From positions 124,001 to 188,000 of the forward strand of contig NIVC01000829.1 of NCBI GenBank assembly GCA_002269645.1: a stretch of 64,000 bases of DNA, read 5' to 3'. Below the pieces are notes generated by a model. It worked only from the letters and a program-made list of their open reading frames with translations. It was not told the DNA's origin and did not search any database. The DNA comes from Macrostomum lignano (lineage: Eukaryota). The position numbers and the translations under genes are program-made. This document shows, piece after piece, positions 48,446 to 64,000 of the stretch (its first letter is position 1; each line of letters starts with the position of its first letter).

Positions 48446-49106
48446 TCACTCTCTAATCACTCTTTCTGGTCACTATTATCATCCTCTGGTCACTCTATTA
48501 TCATCCTCTGGTCACTCTAATATCACTTTCCGATCACTATATTATCACTCTATTATCACTCTAATATCACTCTCTGGTCTCTCTAATATCACTCTTTCCG
48601 ATCACTCTAATATCACTCTCTGGTCACTATTCTCACTCTTTCTGATTACTCTAATATCACTCTCTGGTCACTCTAATATCACTCTTTCTAATCACTTTAT
48701 TATCACCCTCTGATCACCCTCTGATCACCCTATTATCACTCTCTTATCACTCTCTGATCACTCTAATATCACTCTCTGATCACTCTAATATGACTCTTTC
48801 TGATCACTCTATTATTACTCTATTATCACTCTCTGATCACTCTAATATCACTCTCTGGTCACTCTAATATCACTCTTTCTAATCACTTTATTATCACCCT
48901 CTGATCACCCTATTATCACTCTCTTATCACTCTCTGATCACTCTAATATCACTCTCTGGTCACTCCAATATCACTCTCTGGTCACTCCAATATCACTCTT
49001 TCTGATCACTCTTTTATCACCCTCTGATCACTCTAATCACTGCTGATCACTCTAATATGACTCTTTATGATCACTCTATTATCACTCTCTGATCACTCTA
49101 TCGTCA
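48446..49106. repeat. Degenerate ATCACTCT-based minisatellite
   Basis: Repeated tcactctctgatcactctaatatcac variants. Confidence 0.93.
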
Positions 49107-49774
49107 CTTTAATTTTCACTGCAGCCCTATTTAAACAGTTTTTAAGTAAATCTAATTTGGTCATATAATTACTATTGCTCCCAAGAAATTATCAACTGCA
49201 AGTTTTGCAAAGCGCAACTTATCGAGTAAGAGTTGTTAATCTGTCTGCATTATTAAAGTTTGCCTAGCGCTGCAGACAGGCAGTCAGTTATCGCATTTAA
49301 TATCTGAATCCCTTTAGCCTGTAACCCCATCTTCTCAATGCATGACCCGCCCATTTATGCCCACTGCTCTTATCTTTGTTCTATACAGTAATTAGTATAA
49401 TTGTTTAAACCTGATGTATTCAGTAATTGGTTGCGCCTATTTAAAATCCATCTAATTGTTAATAGAAATTTATATATAATTGAAATAACGTTTTTTTCTC
49501 GCACTTTCATGTTTGATTCGTAGACTAATTATTATGCTGTCTTATCTCATTAATATACAGAATATGAATAAGAAAACATGAAATATGACAGCGTTCGCTG
49601 CTGTGCGTTCTTTTGCTAATATTGATGATGCTTAAGCCGCTAAGTAACATTATCGCTGCTCAAGTATATTGCTGTCTTTATTTGTTTCTCTGTGTGGGCT
49701 TACTAGAGTAGATAATAGGTTTAGATAAGTAGAGTAGATCGGGTAAAGCTAGAAGTAGACATAGAGAATTAAAA

Positions 49775-50070
49775 AGTAGACTGGGTAGAGTAAAGATAGA
49801 AGAGTAGAGTAGACTGGGTAGAGTAAAGTAGAAAAGTATACTGGGTAGAGTGGAATAGAAGAATAGACTGGGTAGAGTAGAGTAGAAAAGTAGACTGGGT
49901 AGAGTAGAGATAGAAGAGTAGAGTAGACTGGGTAGAGTGAAGTGGAAGAGTAGACTGGGTAGAGTAGAGTAGAAGAGTAGACTGGGTATAGTGAAGTGGA
50001 AGAGTAGACTGGGTAGAGTAGAGTAGAAGAGTAGACTGGGTAGACTTAAGTAGAAGAGTAGACTGGGTAT
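49775..50070. repeat. GTAGAG/GTAGACTGG purine-rich minisatellite
   Basis: Repeated gtagactgggtagagtagagtagaaga variants. Confidence 0.92.
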
Positions 50071-50143
50071 GAATAAACATCGTCTGAGTAGATTAGTCGA
50101 GGTGGTTAGAGTAGAATAAATAGGAAGGCGAAAATCAACATTT

Positions 50144-50189
50144 AATTAACGACGCCTTTCGCACGATATTGTGCATCTTCAGGTTTATT
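50144..50189 (-). ncRNA. Minimal type I hammerhead ribozyme motif (one helix III mismatch)
   Basis: Minus strand: aataaac CTGAAGA T gcac-aatatc-gtgc GAAA GGC GTC gttaatt. Core, stem II and stem I (one mismatch) are present; lies 3' of the GIY-YIG ORF. Confidence 0.6.
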
Positions 50190-50382
50190 TTTGAGCGAAA
50201 AAAACGAGTGAGATCGGCAAGAAATAAATACAAAATTTTGGGTTGTAAATTCAATCAATATTTTACTCGTATATATAAAGTACATGTTTGTTGGTTCAGA
50301 AGTCGAGAGGCAAAGTCCAGGGACGGGGAATGATCGTCGAAATAGTTAGAAGTATAATAATGTACATCCATTGCCCCTTCCC

Positions 50383-50718
50383 TCAGAACACACGGAGGAC
50401 ATGTCCCTCGCCACTGTGTTGGAGTTGAGTGTTGAGGTTGGGGGAATGCGCTTTAATGTACAGCGCTTCAAGGATCTGGAGTTTGGAGTCAAATGAGCAT
50501 TGATCAATGGCTTTGAAGCGCTTTTCGGGTTTGCAGTTGGAGCAACTATTACACCCTAAGAGATGGTTTTGGATAGCCGACGGTTTGAGCCAGTGCTCCC
50601 TGATTCTAGTGTGAAGGTGCCTTTTTGTCTTCCCCACGTAGGAGACGCTCTGGTCATCAGAGCAGTTGAACTGATAAACGACACCAGCACGAAGAGCACA
50701 GGGAACACGTGACTCCAA
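50383..50718 (-). mobile_element. Penelope-like element GIY-YIG endonuclease C-terminal segment
   Basis: GVVYQFNC...YVGKTKRHLHTRIREH...SAIQNHL...LQILEALYIKAHSPNLNTQ. Confidence 0.9.
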
Positions 50719-50879
50719 CCGACCGACAAAGTTGCCAACCTTAGCAGAACGAAAGATGACACGGACGGAGTTGCAAGTGTTGAGGTGGGGGAATGCTCTT
50801 TAATGTACAGCGCTGGTGTCGTTTATCAGTTCAACAAGACTTCTATACAAGACTTGTATAGGACAGTGCTCACTGAAAA

Positions 50880-51504
50880 CGTATCTACAGGCAGTGAGGA
50901 CTGTCCTATACAAGTTCCTTTTAGTGAGGATATTTTCCGTAAGCTGCTCAAGTTTAGTACCAATGGCCTGTTCATGTACCGAGAGCACCTCTACCGGCAG
51001 ATAGACGGTTGTGCTATGGGTAGTCCCCTTGCGCCAACCCTTGCCAACCTCTGCCTTGCCCACTGGGAAGCTGAATGGCTGAAGTGCCCATGTGCCCCAC
51101 TGGTGTACCACCGCTATGTGGACGACACGTTCACTATCTTCAACACCAAAGGGAGCCCATACACGGAAGTCCTGAACGTCATTAACAGCACCCATCCTAA
51201 CATTAAATTCACTGCTGAGATTGGTGATAAAATTTTAAACTTTCTCGATGTCACTGCTCGCCACAATGGCCGCAACCTCGAAACGTCTGTTTACCGCAAG
51301 AAAACGCTTACTGGGCTCATGCTCAACTACCGTGTCATTTGCCCCAACTCTTGGAAGGTTGGTTTGATTCGCGAAACCATGGAAAATGTTAAGAACGACA
51401 GAGTTTCCCGTTCCAATATCATTCAAGTGCCACACATTGGGCTGCCTAGCCTTAGGTTCTGCCGTAAAATAACGGCCATCTGTCATAACCCACATGAACA
51501 CTAA
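50880..51504 (+). mobile_element. Penelope-like element reverse transcriptase fragment, inverted relative to the endonuclease segment
   Basis: YRQIDGCAMGSPLAPTLANL, YHRYVDDTF, HPNIKFTAE, NFLDV, SVYRKKT, LNY motifs typical of PLE RT. Confidence 0.9.
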
Positions 51505-51975
51505 GGTCTTCCCTGTGTTCTATACTACGAAGGTGTCGCAATGCGTGCAAACACTCAAGTGCAGTGTACCGAAAACCTTGTGTGCGGGAGTTAGGCACAA
51601 ATTCTCGTGCGTTGCTGACCAACGCCGGTTTTACATAGGTAAAGGGTAAAGGAGCATCGTACAAGAGCTAGCGCTGTGTACGACCACCTCCCGATGTGCA
51701 ATCAATGTGCTAAAGTTAGAAATGCTTAGAAATTTTAAATTATCGATCGTAATCGCCAGAGTTTGAAGTTGTCTACTCTTGAGGCGTTGGTACATTAAAA
51801 AGCTAAAGCCCACCATGAACATCCAGCTTGGTGGTAGAGGGGCGAGTTTCCATCTAAGGGTGTTCTGACCCCATGCGCTTGCCTCTTATTTAGGGCCATC
51901 TAACTCGGTTACCCATACTTACAATCTTTTTGGCCTACTAGACTTTAAAAAAATTACCGTCTCTCTGAAACTATA

Positions 51976-52028
51976 TTCTTGCCTTGCCTGAAGATGCCGA
52001 TTGTTCGGCGAAACATGTCGCGCGAAGA
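51976..52028 (+). ncRNA. Minimal type I hammerhead ribozyme motif
   Basis: CTGAAGA (51988-51994) T gccga-ttgt-tcggc GAAA C AT GTC with palindromic CATG; predicted cleavage after 52019; imperfect stem I; followed by AATAAA. Confidence 0.7.
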
Positions 52029-52583
52029 TTGATTAATAAATTGTAATTTCGTAATTTCGTATTATCTCTACAAATAAAATGCGAATGTTCGCCTTTGCTT
52101 TCATTTTCCTGAGAACTGAGGCTAGTCGGGAGTCGAGTAGGTAAATATTTCAGAATATGGAGAATGCATATAGAGTACATGCATATGCATGATTTACGTA
52201 GGCCACCAGAGCCAAGTAATATTTATACTGGTCCTTGCATACATAAAGCATGTATGCAAATTTGCGCCAATCTGTATAATGCAGCCAGTCAAATATGCAT
52301 ATGTACGAATTATTTATGCATCATTAGTATCGCTGTGGCTTGATACGAGTATATATACAGTATGAATCAGAAATGGGGCCCAGAAAATCGTAAATCCATC
52401 TTTCATCCTTCCTTTATACTGCGGATCCCTCTCCCTCAGCATTCTCACATGTGGAAGTGACCGCGTTGGATATCGATTATTCATGCATATACTGCATGTG
52501 TATCAATGTGTATATATGTTATACATGTAAGCTGGCTGGTTTCACTTTCGGCGTTTTGTTTAGCTAAATTAGATGCATAAAAT

Positions 52584-53575
52584 TTGTAATTGATGGAGTG
52601 ACAGAACTGTAATTGATTGAGTGACAGATCTGTAATTGATTGAGTGACAGATCTGTAATTGATGGAGTGACAGATTTGTAATTGATGGAGTGACAGATCT
52701 GTAATTGATGGAGTGACAGATCTGTAATTGATGGAGTGACAAATTTGTAATTGATGGAGTGACAGAACTGTAATTGATTGAGTGACAGATCTGTAATTGA
52801 TTGAGTGACAGATCTGTAATTGATGGAGTGACAGATCTGTAATTGATGGAGTGACAGATCTGTAATTGATGGAGTGACAGATCTGTAATTGATGGAGTGA
52901 CAGATCTGTAATTGATGGAGTGACAGATCTGTAATTGATGGAGTGACAGATCTGTAATTGATGGAGTGACAGATTTGTAATTAATGGAGTGACAGATCTG
53001 TAATTGATGGAGTGACAGATCTGTAATTGATGGAGTGACAGATCTGTAATTGATGGAGTGACAGATCTGTAATTGATGGAGTGACAAATTTGTAATTGAT
53101 GGAGTGACAGATCTGTAATTGATGGAGTGACAAATTTGTAATTGATGGAGTGACAAATTTGTAATTGATTGAGTGACAGATCTGTAATTGATGGAGTGAC
53201 AGATCTGTAATTGATGGAGTGACAGAACTGTAATTGATTGAGTGACAGATCTGTAATTGATTGAGTGACAGATCTGTAATTGATGGAGTGACAGAACTGT
53301 AATTGATTGAGTGACAGATCTGTAATTGATTGAGTGACAGATCTGTAATTGATGGAGTGACAGATCTGTAATTGATTGAGTGACAGATCTGTAATTGATT
53401 GAGTGACAGATCTGTAATTGATTGAGTGACAGATCTGTAATTGATGGAGTGACAGATCTGTAATTGATGGAGTGACAGATCTGTAATTGATTGAGTGACA
53501 GATCTGTAATTGATTGAGTGACAGATCTGTAATTGATGGAGTGACAGATCTGTAATTGATGGAGTGACAGATCTG
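52584..53575. repeat. 23-bp minisatellite GAT(G/T)GAGTGACAGATCTGTAATT, about 43 copies
   Basis: Direct reading; 23-aa periodicity in the spurious ORF 52569-53156. Confidence 0.97.
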
Positions 53576-53688
53576 CTTACCTAAGAACAGGTTATCCGTG
53601 TAATAATTAATTTATACTTAAATAAAAATTATCGATGCAATAAATAAATTATCAGATTCAGCTCTAGACTCCAAATTCCGAAATGTCG

Positions 53689-60361
<6,673 letters not shown>

Positions 60362-61129
60362 CTGAAATACCCAGTTGCTACAGCAGTGAACTGCATTCAT
60401 CGTATTCATAACAAGAGGCAAGGCACATCCCATAGCCAATCAGCCTCCTGGACCAATGGACGCACATAGCGTTCAGGTTTACAAAACATAGCAATTTTTG
60501 ACGTATTACACAAAGTTGGACAATCGATAGAGAAGTTCTTGAAATCCCAAGAATCTCAATAACAAAAATTATAAAACTGTGAAAGATTTACAAATATATG
60601 AAAAACTTACGCTATAGTAAATTAAGAAAAAAGAGCCATTTTAAATTGAAGTTCAATTTAGCTACTACGTAGGGAAACAGCTACAATATGAATGTAGCGA
60701 TTTCTATAATTCGAAGAACCTCTCTGTAGGGGATAGAGTTTGTGCAGTACAGTTTTCGAATGGGTAAACAAGCTGGCTTAAACTGAATATCCACTTTATC
60801 TAAACATCTTGCTGGGGACAATGGAAGATGCTGGTTACTGGGAGCTTAATTTTATTGAATAGTCTGTATCCAATGTTTCTCATTTTCCATGGCCGCCCAA
60901 GGGTGCAACACAATAAAAAGACAAGTTATTAATTTTGAAATATTTTGTGGACACGTTGATAAACTAAAATGGAACGGAAAAAGAGTAAATTAGCTAAACT
61001 GTCTACTAACAGTAGATGGGTCTAAAGTATTTAAAGAAAAAATAATTTCTTCTTTCAAATTGAAATGATGAGCTCGGTTTTCTGTTGGAATCCGACTAAG
61101 CTGTAAAAATATTTTACAATCAGGGCCAT

Positions 61130-61787
61130 TTACCGATCAATCATCGCCACTTCCTTATCAATCATTGCCAGTTCCTTATCAATCATTATCATTTCCTTAT
61201 CAATCATTGTCATTTTCTTATAAATCATTGCCACTTCCTTATCAATCATTGTCAGTTACTTATCAATCATTGCCAGTCCCTTATCAATCATTGCCAGTCC
61301 CTTATCAATCATTGCCACTTCCTTATCAATCATTGTCATTTCCTTATCAATCATTGCCAGTCCCTTATCAATCATTGCCACTTCCTTATCAATCATTGCC
61401 AGTTCTTATCAATCATTGCCAGTCCCTTATCAATCATTGCCAGTTCTTATCAATCATTGCCAGTCCCTTATCAATCATTGCCACTTCCTTATCAATCATT
61501 GTCATTTCCTTATCAATCATTGCCAGTCCCTTATCAATCATTGCCACTTCCTTATCAATCATTGCCAGTTCTTATCAATCATTGCCAGTCCCTTATCAAT
61601 CATTGCCAGTCCCTTATCAATCATTGTCATTTCCTTATCAATCATTGTCACTTCCTTATCAATCATAGCCAGTTCCTTATCAATCATTGTCATTTCCTTA
61701 TCAATCATTGCCAGTTCCTTATCAATCATTGCCAGTTCCTTATCAATCATTGCCAGTTCCTTATCAATCATTGTCATTTCCTTATCA
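61130..61787. repeat. 21-bp minisatellite CCTTATCAATCATTGCCAGT(T/C), about 31 copies
   Basis: Direct reading; 7-aa periodicity in spurious ORFs. Confidence 0.97.
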
Positions 61788-62242
61788 GTGGAGCTAGTCA
61801 CGTCATTTTTCAGCCATATTTCATATTTATAAAGTTGTTACTGATCCCAATTTTCCAAACTTAGAGCCAATGTCATATTTAGTAAGCTAGTTTTCAGTAA
61901 AATCATAGTCAAGCAAGATATTTCTATCTCAGCTCCAATCCTCATCAGTTCGAACTAATTATCGAGTCAGAGCTGTCAGAAGAAATTAGTAAGTTGGATA
62001 AATTAATTGTCACGGAAACAATATCCGCGTGTTCGCAAAGAATTTTTTTCCGATTTAATCCAAGTCACGCGCTCCAGGCGGCTATTCGAAATTTTTATCA
62101 ATTTTATCCTGTTCGACCTTAACCGATACAACCGCCCCCTCTGCCCTCCCGCTGTCCCACGCAATAATACAAGACGACAACTAGTCCTTAAAATGTCTAA
62201 TTTGAGGTTTACATGCAAAATAGACTCACACAGACTGCGTAT

Positions 62243-63375
62243 TTGAGCATCTGACAGAGTCGTATTTGAGCAGCTACAGACTCGTATTTGAGCATCTGAC
62301 AGAGTCGTATTTCAGCATCTGACAGACTCGTATTTCAGCATCTGACAGACTCGTATTTGAGCAGCTACAGACTCGTATTTGAGCAGCTACAGACTCGTAT
62401 TTGGGTAGCTACAGACTCGTATTTGAGCAGCTACAGACTCGTATTTGAGCATCTGACAGACTCTTATTTGAGCAGCTACAGACTCGTATTTGAGCAGCTA
62501 CAGACTCATATTTGAGCATCTGACAGACTCTTATTTGAGCAGCTACAGACTCTTATTTGAGCAGCTACAGACTCATATTTGAGCATCTGACAGACTCTTA
62601 TTTGAGCATCTGACAGACTCGTATTTGAGCAGCTACAGACTCGTATTTGAGCAGCTACAGACTCGTATTTGAGCAGCTACAGACTCATATTTGAGCAGCT
62701 ACAGACTCGTATTTGAGCAGCTACAGACTCGTATTTGAGCATCTGACAGACTCGTATTTGAGCAGCTACAGACTCGTATTTGAGCAGCTACAGACTCGTA
62801 TTTGAGCAGCTACAGACTCGTATTTAGGTAGCTACAGACTCGTATTTGAGCAGCTACAGACTCATATTTGAGCAGCTACAGACTCGTATTTGAGCAGCTA
62901 CAGACTCGTATTTGAGCAGCTACAGACTCATATTTGAGCAGCTGACAGACTCATATTTGAGCAGCTGACAGACTAATATTTGAGCAGCTGACAGACTCAT
63001 ATTTGAGCAGCTGACAGACTCATATTTGAGCAGCTGACAGACTAATATTTGAGCAGCTGACAGACTCATATTTGAGCAGCTGACAGACTCATATTTGAGC
63101 AGCTGACAGACTAATATTTGAGCAGCTGACAGACTCATATTTGAGCAGCTGACAGACTCATATTTGAGCAGCTGACAGACTAATATTTGAGCAGCTGACA
63201 GACTCATATTTGAGCAGCTACAGACTCATATTTGAGCAGCTGACAGACTAATATTTGAGCAGCTGACAGACTCATATTTGAGCAGCTACAGACTCATATT
63301 TGAGCAGCTGACAGGCTAATATTTGAGCAGCTGACAGACTCATATTTGAGCAGCTGACAGACTCGTATTTGAGCA
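62243..63375. repeat. 22/23-bp minisatellite (G)ACAGACTCGTATTTGAGCAGCT, about 50 copies
   Basis: Direct reading; the 22-bp variant dominates the middle and the 23-bp variant the right part. Confidence 0.97.
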
Positions 63376-63810
63376 TCATGAGCTTTGCTGCTCTAGAAAA
63401 TTCAAAAGAAAAAGACTGTCACAAACATGTGGCTAAGACGCTACTGAAATCATAAAAATTTGCAATCATAAATCGGTGCTGAAGCAAAGCCAATTACAAT
63501 TAGTTACATTATATCAATAGATAACCTTGCTGTTTGACATCGGAACAAACAAAACATGTATTATGTAAAGTTGATTATTTTAGAAGCAAAACAATAACAA
63601 AATATTGCATTGGGTTTCCATTTATGGATTATCAATAACAATAGTTCATGCAGCTAATAATAATAATATTTACACAGCTTGTATGCTTTGCATAAATATG
63701 GGAAAAATCTGGAGATTTTTTAAACTAATATTTCTTATCTTAGATAGATATGCTCATTTTCAGGGAGAATCTGCGAATTCAATAAAGATGCATAACGGTA
63801 TCGAGTACAA

Positions 63811-64000
63811 GACGGTCAGGTGGTGAGACAGTCAGGTGGTGAGACAGTCAGGGGGTGAGACAGTCAGGTGGTTAGACAGTCAGGGGTGAAACAGTCAGGG
63901 GGTGAGACAGTCAGGGGGTGAGATAGTCAGGGGTAAGACAGTCAGGGGGTGAGACAGTCAGGGGGTGAGACAGTCAGGGGTAAGACAGTCAGGGGGTGAG
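63811..64000. repeat. 16-17-bp minisatellite GGTGAGACAGTCAGGG, running off the window end
   Basis: Direct reading. Confidence 0.95.

Overview
Animal (invertebrate) genomic DNA with short GT-AG introns (about 65-90 nt) and many repeats. The species cannot be determined from the sequence; the minisatellite load is reminiscent of some flatworm genomes. Bases 2.8-38.5 kb hold a head-to-tail minus-strand cluster of at least five paralogous genes for type I membrane proteins. Their architecture is 2 or 4 CUB domains, one or two copies of an unrecognised four-exon cysteine-containing stalk module, a TM helix, and a short tyrosine-bearing tail. All four full-length copies end in a 27-33 nt micro-exon encoding V-Y-[VL]-[TN]-stop. 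Copies 3 and 4 look intact (copy 3's first exon was not located), copy 2 has one in-frame TAG, copy 1 is a multiply disabled pseudogene and copy 5 is a relic. The right part holds a three-exon UBE2M/Ubc12 gene and a C2H2 zinc-finger gene. One intron of the zinc-finger gene carries a very young Ty3/Gypsy LTR retrotransposon (LTRs that look identical, GATG TSD, tRNA-iMet PBS, GGGAAAC -1 frameshift signal). There is also an inverted Penelope-like composite flanked by two minimal hammerhead ribozyme motifs, relics of piggyBac, Mag-like Gypsy and Helitron-like elements, SINE/MITE-like repeats and many minisatellites. All gene models were built by hand from splice signals, reading phase and paralogue comparison; no database search was run.
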